From NCBI GenBank assembly GCA_043803945.1, contig JAZDJN010000061.1, forward strand, positions 1-64,000: 64,000 bases of DNA, given 5' to 3'. Made by a program: the position numbers and the translations under genes. Source of the stretch: a bacterium. GTDB taxonomy: Bacteria; Bacteroidota; Ignavibacteria; UBA10030. Under the pieces are notes generated by a model. The model worked only from the letters and a program-made list of their open reading frames with translations. It was not told the DNA's origin and ran no database searches. This document shows, in pieces, positions 39,195 to 49,147 of this stretch (position 1 is the first letter of the stretch; each line of letters begins with the position of its first letter).

Positions 39195-40460
39195 TTAGCG
39201 TTCTTTTTCTGGAGAATAATCTTTTGGCAATTCATCGGCAAACCGCCTGTTGGCCCACCATCCGCGCAGCGTTAGTGTACGAGATGAAAGAATGTCGCCC
39301 CGTTCATTGACGGTGATGGATCCCGCCGGGGTGGAGATAATTGCAGTTGAGACTGGCGTTTGAATCCCCACAGAAACCGGGGTCGATTCATACTTGATCG
39401 TCACTTGATCAGTGCGCATGAGATCCCTGAAACGGCCTACACGCGTAGGCGGCAGCCGGAAGGTCTGTGTTCCTTGTGCCTGATCACCCTGAGGTTCCGA
39501 TGCAACAGGAAGATCAATAACCTGGAAGAGCGATGAAGGCCAATCTCCCAACCGCTGTTGAGGATCGATCCTTAAGAAGGGTGCATTGAAATTGACCGCG
39601 AAATACCCTCTGCGTGGATTTGGCTTAACTGTTATACTCTCTTCTTCTATTTCTTCGCCTTTCCCTCGGATAAGCTCCTGAAGTGTTCCCTTGGTCAGTC
39701 GATATCCGGTTTCGTCCAATTTTCTTTTCACAAGATTGCTCAGGAAATATCGCAGCGAGGCACGATAACTTTTTTGGCGGTTCTGCTGCCATTCTTCCCG
39801 TTGATGATCATCGCGAGCCGGCAGATCCTGGAAGAGCGCGTAGCCAACCATTTCAAAATGCCCTTTACTATAATTGGAAAGAAAGCGTTCAAGCTGCAGA
39901 GTGATTCGATAACCTAATCCATAATTTTCAATGATCAAGCTGCTGTCTGCCCGTGCATGCAAGACCATCCCGGTTGGATCTGTTGAGAATTGCAGTACTT
40001 CCGGATTCAAAATCTGACATCGGTCAATATGGCGAGATGCGCCGAACAGTTCCGCTCTAAATCTTGGAAGATATTCTTTCCATTCATCCTCGTAGGAAGC
40101 CACAACATCTACGGCATCCGCTTGAATCTCACGAGGAGACAGGGCGACATTCATTACGAGCGATGCCGAATCCGGTATTGTCATCTGTTTGACTACCCGC
40201 TCGTAGCCAACCAGACTAAACACGATTTGATATTCACCGGAAGGAATATTCTGGAGGAGATATCTTCCATCGTCACCAGATGATGCCCCCCGGGTTGTAC
40301 TTTGAAGAAAGACGTTGGCATTGAAGAGTGGTGATTTTGTAACAGAGTCGGAGACGATGCCGGAGATCGTGCTGCTTCCAGTTCGCGTCTGCGATGATGA
40401 ATGTTCAATGGCGATACAGAAAAACAGGATGAGAGATGTGAAGGTACTGAACTTCAGCAT
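39195..40460 (-). CDS. CarboxypepD_reg-like domain-containing secreted protein
   Basis: TISGIVSDSVTKSPLFNANVFL...GEYQIVFSLVGYE; CQILNPEVL, IENYGLGYRI, YRASLRYFL, ADELPKDY. Confidence 0.8.
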   Translation of the reverse strand: MLKFSTFTSLILFFCIAIEHSSSQTRTGSSTISGIVSDSVTKSPLFNANVFLQSTTRGASSGDDGRYLLQNIPSGEYQIVFSLVGYERVVKQMTIPDSASLVMNVALSPREIQADAVDVVASYEDEWKEYLPRFRAELFGASRHIDRCQILNPEVLQFSTDPTGMVLHARADSSLIIENYGLGYRITLQLERFLSNYSKGHFEMVGYALFQDLPARDDHQREEWQQNRQKSYRASLRYFLSNLVKRKLDETGYRLTKGTLQELIRGKGEEIEEESITVKPNPRRGYFAVNFNAPFLRIDPQQRLGDWPSSLFQVIDLPVASEPQGDQAQGTQTFRLPPTRVGRFRDLMRTDQVTIKYESTPVSVGIQTPVSTAIISTPAGSITVNERGDILSSRTLTLRGWWANRRFADELPKDYSPEKER

Positions 40461-40567
40461 GGACTTAACTCATCCTCCTCCTTTCCATCGGTCATGTTGC
40501 TCAAATATACATTCTATTCTTTTGGGATGAAGAAAAATGTGACGAATTGGAAATTGTTTTCATGTAA

Positions 40568-40760
40568 GACGGGACGCCGTCCCGTCCTACAATATTTTTA
40601 ACAGATGATCCGAATTCATTCCAGATTGATCTCTTGTTCGACGGGACGCCGTTACGTCCTACATTTTTTACTGAACACCAAAATTCATTCCAGATTGATC
40701 TCTCGTTCGACGGGACGCCGTCCCGTCCTACATTTTTTACTGAGGATCCGAATTCATCGG
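40568..40760 (-). repeat. REP array downstream of RAYT: 3 direct units (spacing 72, 69 bp)
   Basis: gacgggacgccgt(cc/ta)cgtcctac at 40568, 40640, 40709 (minus strand GTAG-GACGGGAC...GTCCCGTC); conserved linker aattcattccagattgatctc. Confidence 0.92.
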
Positions 40761-40763
40761 ACT

Positions 40764-41534
40764 CTATATCTCTTTAAGTATCCGCTTGGCACAATACGTC
40801 CAAGGCCACTGCTCCCAGCAGTCGACTAAACATGCCACAACAGGATTGTTTATTACATACCATATCGTTTTCTCAAGTTCATCATTATCACGGACGACAT
40901 GATCATAGCTTTCATCCTGCCAGAATGCTCCGCTTCGTCCGAGTATTTTATTCGCCCTTAGGGCAGTAAATTTCTTCAACGAACCTATGATACCTGTAAC
41001 TCCGTAGGACGTGACGCTATCCCGTCCAGTACGCTGTACATCTCCACTCTTGACCTTATGATCAGCACTACCCTTGGGATATGAAAGATCAATAGCAGGT
41101 CCCATTTTCATTATCGTTGACTCAACAAACCGACCGACAAAGTCTCTCTGAAGAGAAAAGACCATATGGACATGATTTGGCATAATACAATACGCATACA
41201 AGTCATATTCTTTGCCATCTCGAAAATGGATTGCCTCTTTAACGATTGATGTAATCTCTGGTTGACGAAGCCACTGAGGCCCGCTATTCTCTTCGTTCAG
41301 AAGAGAATCGAATCGTTTAAAATACCCGTCCTGGATTTTTCGCAAACGGATTTTTCGTTCTTCGATATTCGTTATAGATGTCGCTTCCAATGCACAGTTC
41401 TCAGGTACTCTGCGCAATTCTTCTATCACGCTTTTGGGCAATGAGCCTGCCAATCTAAATGTAACAAAGTAAGTCGCGCCTTCTGGCTGGTAATGCGGCA
41501 AATGACGACGATAATATGATTTCTGTGTACCCAT
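40764..41534 (-). mobile_element. REP-associated tyrosine transposase (RAYT/TnpA-REP, Y1 HUH)
   Basis: YRRHLPHYQPEGATYFVTFRL, YCIMPNHVH (HUH), FWQDESYDHVVR, YVINNPV (catalytic Tyr), WPW; flanked by GTAG-type REPs. Confidence 0.92.
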
Positions 41535-41563
41535 TCTCTTATCTTTCCCAAAGCGTTATCATT

Positions 41564-41840
41564 TAGGACGGGACGCCGTCCCGTCCTACAATATTTTTAA
41601 CTGAATGCCAAAATTCATTCCAGATTGATCTCTTGTTCGACGGGACACCATTCCGTCCTACAATATTTTTAACTGAATACCAAAATTCATTCCAGGTTGA
41701 TCTCTTGTTCGACGGGACGCCGTTACGTCCTACATTTTTTACTGAGGATCCGAACTCAGTCCAGGTTGATCCCTTGTTCGACGGGACACCGTCCCGTCCT
41801 ACAATATTTTAACTGAACACCAAAATTCATTCCAGGTTGA
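41564..41840 (-). repeat. REP array upstream of RAYT: 4 direct units (spacing 72, 72, 69 bp)
   Basis: Units start at 41567, 41639, 41711, 41780, with the same core and linker as the downstream array. Confidence 0.92.
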
Positions 41841-41966
41841 GACATTTACAATACTGTTAAGGAATCGAGTTGTTCTTTATCTAGAAGGATAGTGCAATAG
41901 CTTTTGCTGCTCTCTCTATTGCTTACGGTGACTTAAAGCAAATATAAATACTGGTTGAATAAAATC

Positions 41967-42002
41967 AAAAAAAGCCCAACGCAGCATCGCTGGTTGGGCT
42001 TT
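41967..42002 (-). terminator. Intrinsic terminator of the first oxidoreductase operon
   Basis: aaagcccaac...gttgggcttt hairpin with a T-run on the minus strand. Confidence 0.85.
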
Positions 42003-42021
42003 GTGGAGACGACCATTATGA

Positions 42022-42591
42022 TTAGACGCCGACGGGAGCCGCTTTCGCTGCCAGTTTTTCTATTCCGTATTGGTATCCCTTTTCGAAAGCATTGAGGTTC
42101 AATTCTTCCGTTCCTTTCGGTACAGAAACTTTCACTGCACTGCGCATCGCCTCCACATCCACAATACCGGAAATTGCCGTGGTGAATCCCATCATCACGA
42201 TATTCAGTACCATCTTTTTGCCAAGTTCTTCAGCAAATCGTGTGGCCGGAATCGAAAAATGTTTGATGTCCTTCCTCAGGTTGTGAGGAACCACCAACTC
42301 CTCTTCTGTAATCAACGTGCCACCCGCAGCAAGTTCGGGCGAGAACTTCGTGTATGCTTCCTGCGACATCAACACAATCAGATTGGGTGATATGATGTAC
42401 GGATAGGTAATCGGATCTGTTGAGACAATCACCTGAGCACTGCATGCACTACCGCGGGCCTCCGGACCGAAGGCCTGGATCATCGTAGCAAACTTATTAT
42501 CGTAGATGGAAGCAGCTCTGCCGACGATATAGCCGCTGAGAATGACTCCCTGCCCGCCAAATCCACCAATTTTAATTTCTGTTCTGGGCAT
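42022..42591 (-). CDS. korC: 2-oxoacid:ferredoxin oxidoreductase gamma subunit
   Basis: GGFGGQGVIL, FGPEARGSAC, NIVMMG, NLNAFEKG. Confidence 0.88.
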   Translation of the reverse strand: MPRTEIKIGGFGGQGVILSGYIVGRAASIYDNKFATMIQAFGPEARGSACSAQVIVSTDPITYPYIISPNLIVLMSQEAYTKFSPELAAGGTLITEEELVVPHNLRKDIKHFSIPATRFAEELGKKMVLNIVMMGFTTAISGIVDVEAMRSAVKVSVPKGTEELNLNAFEKGYQYGIEKLAAKAAPVGV

Positions 42592-43480
42592 TGATCATAT
42601 TCCTTATTTCGTTGGAGGGAACATAACGGTCACCAAACTTCTTCTGGTAGTGCTCGTTCATGGAATCGATATAGGTCGGGCGTTCAATATCAACAAACTT
42701 GCCGATAGTAATCTTGCCTTGAAATTCGAGACCGACAGATTTCGTATCGACCCCATTCTTGATCTCGCTGTTGTCGCGATAATACATCAGTTGATCGAGG
42801 CCATCGCCCAGCTTATTCCTTCTGCTGTAGAGTGTCGGACAGGGTGCCAGCACCTCGATAAACGTAAAGCCTTTCTTTCCCAATGCTTCTTTGATCGACT
42901 TGGTGAGATGACGAACATGGAAGGCAGTCCATCGTGCAACATAGACCGCACCGCAGGATTCGGCAAGAAAGGGAAGATTGAACGTCTGTTCAAAATTTCC
43001 ATACGGCGTCGTCGAAGCTGTAGCCGAAAGCGGCGTCGTCGGTGCAACCTGTCCGCCGGTCATTCCATAAATTCCATTATTGATCAGAATCACCGTCAGA
43101 TCCAGGTTTCTCCTCGCTGCATGAATGAAATGATTGCCGCCGATTGCCGTCAGGTCGCCATCGCCGCTGTAGACGATAACCCTGAGCTGCGGATTAGCCA
43201 GTTTCAGTCCGGTCGCAAACGGAATCGCCCGGCCATGCGTTGTGTGGAAGGAATCCAACTTCACATATCCTGCAACACGGCCTGTACATCCGATCCCCGA
43301 AACAATTGAGACTTTCTCCAGGTCGAGTTTACTGGTTTGCAATGCTCGAACAAAACAATTAAGCGTCGTGCCGATTCCACAGCCCGGACACCAGATGTGC
43401 GGAATGCGATCCATGCGAAGAAGTTCTTCGATGGGATTCAAAGGCATTGCTGCTTCAGTATAGAGTTGTTCTTCAGTCAT
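42572..43480 (-). CDS. korB: 2-oxoacid:ferredoxin oxidoreductase beta subunit (TPP-binding)
   Basis: WCPGCG, SGIGC, HGRA, GDGD...GGNH, NNGIYGMTGGQ, CPT. Confidence 0.92.
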   Translation of the reverse strand: MTEEQLYTEAAMPLNPIEELLRMDRIPHIWCPGCGIGTTLNCFVRALQTSKLDLEKVSIVSGIGCTGRVAGYVKLDSFHTTHGRAIPFATGLKLANPQLRVIVYSGDGDLTAIGGNHFIHAARRNLDLTVILINNGIYGMTGGQVAPTTPLSATASTTPYGNFEQTFNLPFLAESCGAVYVARWTAFHVRHLTKSIKEALGKKGFTFIEVLAPCPTLYSRRNKLGDGLDQLMYYRDNSEIKNGVDTKSVGLEFQGKITIGKFVDIERPTYIDSMNEHYQKKFGDRYVPSNEIRNMINAQNRN

Positions 43481-43486
43481 TGTCCC

Positions 43487-44650
43487 TCATCCTTTCACCG
43501 ATTCAACAATCTTCGTATAAATATCCTTTGGCTGGTGCACTGTACCACCGGCGTGAGGAACCAACTCAACATGCGCCTTGCCTGCTGCACAACGCTCCAC
43601 TTCGAGTACCATCTGTCCCATATTCAACTCTGGAACGACAAACGCTTTAACACGCGCGGCGAGTTCACGGATTCTCTTTTCGGGGAATGGCCATACTACA
43701 ACGAGCCGGAGATGGCCAACCTTGAGTCCTTCACTCCGTGCCTGTTCTATTGCCGGGATTGCAGTACGTGATGTAATTCCGTACGTCACCACAACCACGT
43801 CGGCATCTTCGACATTCTCTTCTTTATATTCAATAATCCGATCGGCATTCACTTTGATTTTATCGAGGAGCCGGCGGATAAGCTTCGCCTGGGTGGCGAC
43901 GGTCATATTCGGATACCCGCGTTCATCGTGCGTTAATCCGGTGACGTGAATATTGTAGCCGTCGCCCGCCTTCACCATAAGAGGAACGAGATCGCTTTCG
44001 GCAGCAAAGGGCAGATAGTCTTCCTTGGGGCCCTGATAAAAGCGGCGCTCAACAATATCGATCTGATCAGCCGGCGGTACCACAACCCGTTCGATCATAT
44101 GGCCGACACACTCGTCCATCATGAGCAGCACCGGTACGCGATATTGCTCAGCAAGGTTGAATGCCTTGATAGTGAGATCAAAACACTCCTGGGGTGAATT
44201 CGGTGAAAGTGCAATTATACTGTAGTCGCCATGCGAACCCCAGCGGGCTTGCATCATATCACCTTGTGCCGGCATGGTTGGTAGTCCGGTTGACGGGCCA
44301 GCTCGCTGCACATCGACGAAGACACAGGGAGTTTCCGTCATCGAAGCCAGGCCCAGGTGTTCCATCATCAGAGAGAATCCCGGCCCGGAGGTAACGGTCA
44401 TCACTTTTTTCCCGCCCCATGCTGCGCCTTGAATTGCAATGGACGAGGCGATTTCATCTTCCATTTGAATAAATATTCCGCCGACGAACGGAAACCGTTC
44501 GGCAATGCGTTCGACCACTTCGGTCGATGGTGTAATCGGGTATCCAGCCACAAAGCGACATCCTGCGGCAATGGCACCCTCGCTGCATGCGTGGTCACCG
44601 TCGATGAAATGTGGGCCGGAAAGAACGCCTATTGGATCAGCTTTCGCCAT
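43487..44650 (-). CDS. korA: 2-oxoacid:ferredoxin oxidoreductase alpha subunit
   Basis: Start MAKAD at 44650 overlaps the upstream stop (TGATG); GYPITPSTE, QMEDEIAS, TSGPGFSLM, QRAGPSTGLPT, ELNMGQ. Confidence 0.92.
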   Translation of the reverse strand: MAKADPIGVLSGPHFIDGDHACSEGAIAAGCRFVAGYPITPSTEVVERIAERFPFVGGIFIQMEDEIASSIAIQGAAWGGKKVMTVTSGPGFSLMMEHLGLASMTETPCVFVDVQRAGPSTGLPTMPAQGDMMQARWGSHGDYSIIALSPNSPQECFDLTIKAFNLAEQYRVPVLLMMDECVGHMIERVVVPPADQIDIVERRFYQGPKEDYLPFAAESDLVPLMVKAGDGYNIHVTGLTHDERGYPNMTVATQAKLIRRLLDKIKVNADRIIEYKEENVEDADVVVVTYGITSRTAIPAIEQARSEGLKVGHLRLVVVWPFPEKRIRELAARVKAFVVPELNMGQMVLEVERCAAGKAHVELVPHAGGTVHQPKDIYTKIVESVKG

Positions 44651-44898
44651 CAGTTCTCCTTTGATTTCTTTTTCATAAATCCGTAAATCGCGAAGTCGGG
44701 ACACACCATGCCGCAAATATCGCAGCCGGTGCATGCTTCTTCGCGGGCCAGTACGGGAGGATGATATCCTTTTGCGTTGTACTGACTTGAAAGCTCCAGA
44801 GCATCTGTCGGACAAAATTCGACGCAAAAGCCGCAGCCCTTGCATCGCTCCGCAATAATGACAACTGTGCCTTTCGGTTTCTTTGTTGGTTCTGCCAT
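44650..44898 (-). CDS. korD: 2x[4Fe-4S] ferredoxin, oxidoreductase delta subunit
   Basis: CKGCGFCVEFCP and CTGCDICGMVCPD. Confidence 0.9.
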   Translation of the reverse strand: MAEPTKKPKGTVVIIAERCKGCGFCVEFCPTDALELSSQYNAKGYHPPVLAREEACTGCDICGMVCPDFAIYGFMKKKSKEN

Positions 44899-45016
44899 TG
44901 ATTCTCCTAGTTCATCTGTAATGATCTACGCTCCCACCCACGCCCGCAAGATTGAGTGGTGCAGTGTACCGTACTTCCGGGTACGCCGCAAACACGATCC
45001 GCTTCAACAGAAAAAA

Positions 45017-46258
45017 TTAATCGAGGAAATGAACAAACAGGCCATCTCTCAACTTCGGTTCAAACCATGTTGACTTCGGTGGCATGATTTTCCCTGCATC
45101 CGCAATCGCCATCAATTCCGAAACCGATGTCGGATACATACTGAACGCCAGTTTCATCTCACCTGAGTTCACGCGCCGCTCCAGCTCATGCAGCCCTCTC
45201 ATTCCTCCGACAAAATCGATACGCTTGTCCGTTCTCGGATCTTTGATTCCAAGAAAGGAATCCAAGACATAGCGTTGCAGAATGGAAACATCCAGGCTCT
45301 CAACCGGGTCCTGGATGGAATTCAGTGCATCATTTGCCGTCAGTACATACCATCGTCCATCGAGGAATAATCCGAATTCACCTTTCGCTCCCGGGCGTAC
45401 TACCACCGATGCCTCTGCAATCGTAAAGGATGTTTTGAGCTTCTCGAAGAATTGCTCCTTGCTCAATCCATTCAGGTCCTTCACAACCCGATTGTAATCA
45501 AAGATGCGAAGCTGGCTCCCGGGGAAGTACACCGCGAGAAAATAGTTGTACTCTTCAGCGCCAGTGTGATGCGGATTCTGTTGCTGGCGTTCACGGCCAA
45601 CAATAGCCGCCGATGCCGACCGATGGTGTCCATCGGCAATGTAAAGAGAGCGAATAGTCTTGAAAAGCGTCACAATCTTCTCAATGACAGGCTGCTCTTT
45701 TATGACCCAGGATTGATGACGGATCCCATCAAGTGCAACGTGATCATTTTCCGGAGGCCTGCTCGTGACCTGGCCGACAATCGCATCGATTTCGGGATTA
45801 TCAGGATAGGTCAGAAAGATTGGCCCCGAGTGTGAGTTAGTGACGCGGACATGGTTACAGCGGTCTTCTTCTTTATCTTTTCGCGTTAATTCGTGTTTCT
45901 TTATTGTGTCGTTCCAGTATTCTTCCACCGACGCACATCCGACAAGTCCATATTGTGTGCGGTCCTGCATCGTTTGTGCATAGATATAGAGGTACGGCTC
46001 CTTGTCTTCGAGAAGCATACCATCAGTGATGAGCTTCTGGAGGTTTTGTTTCCCACGCTCATAGACTCGAGGATCGTGCAGATCAATTGAAGAATCAAGA
46101 TCGACTTCGGGCTTACCGACATGGAGAAAGGAGAGCGGATGGCCTTTCGCTTCTTCTCGTGCTTCATCGGAATTCAGAACATCGTACGGCTTGGCCGCAA
46201 CTTCTCCTGCAAATTCCGGTTTGGGTCGAAACGCTTTAAACGGACGGATCGTTGACAT
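45017..46258 (-). CDS. DUF1015 family protein
   Basis: PYDV, IKKHELTR, LYIADGHHR, MPPKSTWFEPKLRDGL. Confidence 0.92.
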   Translation of the reverse strand: MSTIRPFKAFRPKPEFAGEVAAKPYDVLNSDEAREEAKGHPLSFLHVGKPEVDLDSSIDLHDPRVYERGKQNLQKLITDGMLLEDKEPYLYIYAQTMQDRTQYGLVGCASVEEYWNDTIKKHELTRKDKEEDRCNHVRVTNSHSGPIFLTYPDNPEIDAIVGQVTSRPPENDHVALDGIRHQSWVIKEQPVIEKIVTLFKTIRSLYIADGHHRSASAAIVGRERQQQNPHHTGAEEYNYFLAVYFPGSQLRIFDYNRVVKDLNGLSKEQFFEKLKTSFTIAEASVVVRPGAKGEFGLFLDGRWYVLTANDALNSIQDPVESLDVSILQRYVLDSFLGIKDPRTDKRIDFVGGMRGLHELERRVNSGEMKLAFSMYPTSVSELMAIADAGKIMPPKSTWFEPKLRDGLFVHFLD

Positions 46259-46274
46259 AGTGCGACAACGCTCC

Positions 46275-47198
46275 TTACTCTGTATACCGCTCGGGATTGA
46301 GCGCCTTATTCACCTTGACAGCAATCTCTGCTCCTACCCGATCCTGAGCTTCCACCGTCGAACCACCGATATGCGGTGTTACACTGACGCGCGGATGATT
46401 GATCAATGCTTTTTGAGCATCGGTGGGCGGCTCGTTGACAAACACATCGAGTGCCGCTGCTGCTACTTTGCCGCTCTCGAGTGCTTCGAGTAAGGCTTGC
46501 TCGTCGATCACTCCGCCGCGCGCACAATTCACAATGATGACACCCTTCTTCATCATCTCGATTTCTTTCTTCCCAATCACCGGGCCGGCTTTCTTGTCGA
46601 ACGGCAGATGCAGCGAGATGTAATCTGCTTCAGCCAGCACCTTCTCTTTGGTAGTAATATGAACCATAAAATCCATTGGTGTGAAAGGTGGATCGAATGC
46701 GAGAACATGCATGCCCATTCCAAGTGCGCGCCGTGCAACCTCTTTGCCGATATTTCCCAGACCGAACAAGCCCAGCTTCTTATTATAGAGTTCGACACCC
46801 TGGCCAAATTCCTTCTTCGGCCATTTTCCCTGCCGCATTTCCATGCTGCTCACATGGAGAAACCTGCTCACAGCGAGCATATGACCAATGGCCAGTTCTG
46901 CAACCGAAATGGAAGATGCTACAGGCGTATTCAGGACAGGCAGCCCCATGGCTTTTGCAGTATCCACCGCGATGTTGTCGACACCCACACCGCCGCGGGC
47001 AATCACCTTAAGATTCTTGCCTGCTTCAATGACTTCCTTTGTGACCTTAGTGGCTGAACGGACAATGATGCAGTGGTATGGTTCAATAACTTTCACCAAT
47101 TCCTCTGCGGAAACTTTCTGATCATCTACCTCGTGGCCGGCATCGACTAAAATCTTTTTACCCTCTGCCGAGATCCCATCGGTAATTAGTATCTTCAT
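46275..47198 (-). CDS. serA: D-3-phosphoglycerate dehydrogenase (short form, no ACT domain)
   Basis: VRSATKV, RGGVGVDNI, SVAELA, GLGNIG, NCARGG, LDVF..EP, TPHIGGSTVEAQ; adjacent to serC and DUF1015. Confidence 0.85.
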   Translation of the reverse strand: MKILITDGISAEGKKILVDAGHEVDDQKVSAEELVKVIEPYHCIIVRSATKVTKEVIEAGKNLKVIARGGVGVDNIAVDTAKAMGLPVLNTPVASSISVAELAIGHMLAVSRFLHVSSMEMRQGKWPKKEFGQGVELYNKKLGLFGLGNIGKEVARRALGMGMHVLAFDPPFTPMDFMVHITTKEKVLAEADYISLHLPFDKKAGPVIGKKEIEMMKKGVIIVNCARGGVIDEQALLEALESGKVAAAALDVFVNEPPTDAQKALINHPRVSVTPHIGGSTVEAQDRVGAEIAVKVNKALNPERYTE

Positions 47199-47678
47199 GA
47201 TAATATACTCCTCTCTAAATCAGTTTGGTGAATCAATTGTGAACGAGAGAGCAAGTTGGATCTCATCAATACTCAATCCACCCCATCATTATATATCCCA
47301 GCTTACCTTCTCATGATTGAGTCCAACATAGATAAAAATATTTGAACGAGCAACATTAGCGTGCATGTATTTGTCGCTATTGAGAATACGGATTAATCAA
47401 TGGAGTGAGATGGATTCCAGAGTTCAAGTTTCCCCGAAATCCTGCTATTCACATTGCTGTAAAGTCATAATTTTTGAGATTTTAAAGACTGCAAAATCCG
47501 GTAGCCTTCACCCAGAATGACAAGCCTTTGTCTCCGACGTTTTCAACTATGTAGGTAATGCTTAAAAAAAAATCATTCATGACGCAACATGCTTGTAAGA
47601 AAAAAATATCGTAAGTTTATTGCAAGCACAAGATATCGTTTACCCTCACATTATCTATCAGAAACAGGAGATATTCCT

Positions 47679-48764
47679 ATGGCACGCGCACATAATTTCT
47701 TCGCTGGCCCCGCGATACTTCCTTTCTCCGTCTTGGAGGAAACCCGGGACGCTGTTATGGATTTTGCCAACCTCGGTGTCTCGATTATGGAGGTCAGTCA
47801 TCGAGACAAGTCATTTGATAAGGTCGTTGCCGAGGCTTCACAGGATGCCCTGGCTCTTATGGGGCTTTCAGCGGCAGACTACGCTGTCGTGTTTGTCGGA
47901 GGCGGGGCGAGCATGCAGTTCGCCATGGTTCCGATGAACTTCATGCACAAGAAAGCCGACTACATCAACACCGGCGAATGGTCTACGAAAGCCATCAAAG
48001 AGGCAAAGCTGTTCGGTGAGGTCGCTGAGGTCGCTTCCTCAAAAGCAACAAATTTCAACCAGATACCGAAGACCATCACGTTCTCCGGCGATGCCGACTA
48101 TGTTCACATCACCACCAATAACACAATTTTCGGCACGCAGTGGAAATCGATTCCCGATGTCGGAGAAGTACCATTGATCGCCGATATGTCTTCCGATATG
48201 CTCGGCTACAAGAGAGACTTTCCAAAGTATAGTCTCATCTACGCCGGTGCTCAGAAAAATCTCGGGCCTGCCGGAGTAACAATGATCGTCATCAAAAAGG
48301 CATGGATGGAAGCGAAGATGAAGGCCAATATCCCGACGATGCTGAAATACAAGACGCATGTCGATGGTACCTCTCTCTATAATACACCTCCCGTGCTGCC
48401 GCTTTTTGTCGTCGGACGAACATTGAAGTGGATCCTCAAGGAGGGCGGGCTGGAAGCAATTCAGGCACGCAATGAAATGAAGGCGAAGTTGATTTACGAT
48501 GTGATCGATTCTTCCGGCGGCTTCTATAAAGGCTCAGTTGTAAACAAGGAAGATCGTTCGCTGATGAACATAACCTGGAATTTGCCGACACCAGAACTTG
48601 AGGATAAGTTCATTGCTGAAGCGAAGGGAAAGAAAATGCTAGGCCTGAAGGGGCACCGTTCCGTCGGCGGAATTCGCGCCTCGGTCTATAATGCATGTCC
48701 GGTCGAGTCATGCGAACTCCTTGCCAAACACATGGAAGAATTTTACCAGGCAAATAAAGGATAG
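47679..48764 (+). CDS. serC: Phosphoserine aminotransferase
   Basis: Start MARAHNFFAGPA after AGGAG; MEVSHR, ADMSSD, YAGAQKNLGPAG (PLP Lys), YNTPP, GHRSVGGIRASVYNA. Confidence 0.97.
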   Translation: MARAHNFFAGPAILPFSVLEETRDAVMDFANLGVSIMEVSHRDKSFDKVVAEASQDALALMGLSAADYAVVFVGGGASMQFAMVPMNFMHKKADYINTGEWSTKAIKEAKLFGEVAEVASSKATNFNQIPKTITFSGDADYVHITTNNTIFGTQWKSIPDVGEVPLIADMSSDMLGYKRDFPKYSLIYAGAQKNLGPAGVTMIVIKKAWMEAKMKANIPTMLKYKTHVDGTSLYNTPPVLPLFVVGRTLKWILKEGGLEAIQARNEMKAKLIYDVIDSSGGFYKGSVVNKEDRSLMNITWNLPTPELEDKFIAEAKGKKMLGLKGHRSVGGIRASVYNACPVESCELLAKHMEEFYQANKG

Positions 48765-48792
48765 ACGATCCCTCCGAAATACACATTAGAAT

Positions 48793-48840
48793 AAAAACAG
48801 AAACCCCTTAGTGAGAATTCGCTAGGGGATTTTCTGTTTT
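48793..48840 (+). terminator. Terminator after serC (possibly bidirectional)
   Basis: aaaacagaaacccct...aggggattttctgtttt inverted repeat. Confidence 0.75.
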
Positions 48841-49063
48841 AGAATCGTTGAGGCATTTGCACCAGAGGCGCATGCGCCTTCCGCCAATAAGACGGCGGAC
48901 AGGTCGGCGCAGAATCAATGGTTCAATTCTACAATGGTCGGGAGCAGGAGATCCCTCCCAGCATTTAGTTTGAATATGCACTCGGGTGTGACTATCGTCT
49001 GCATCCTGCCTGCTGTTGTCTATTTTCCCCAATCGACATTCCTCTCACCTCACATCTCTCCAA

Positions 49064-49098
49064 TAAAAAACGGTCTCAACATTCGCCAAGACCGTCTT
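49064..49098 (-). terminator. Putative terminator of the second oxidoreductase operon
   Basis: acggtct...agaccgt stem with a T-run on the minus strand. Confidence 0.55.
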
Positions 49099-49147
49099 AA
49101 AACTATTCTCTCTACTGTATACGGTTTACTGTCAACCGTTTATCCGT

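Noticed and set aside
40401-40829. Small + strand ORFs 40401-40601 and 40605-40829
   Set aside because: They are translations of REP units whose spacing is a multiple of 3; no independent coding evidence.
40568-41840. CRISPR array interpretation of the regularly spaced repeats
   Set aside because: The intervening sequences are near-identical rather than unique spacers, no cas genes are present, and the GTAG hairpins flank a RAYT.
47199-47678. Regulatory RNA between serA and serC
   Set aside because: AT-rich with no recognisable glycine riboswitch or T-box motif; most simply divergent promoters.
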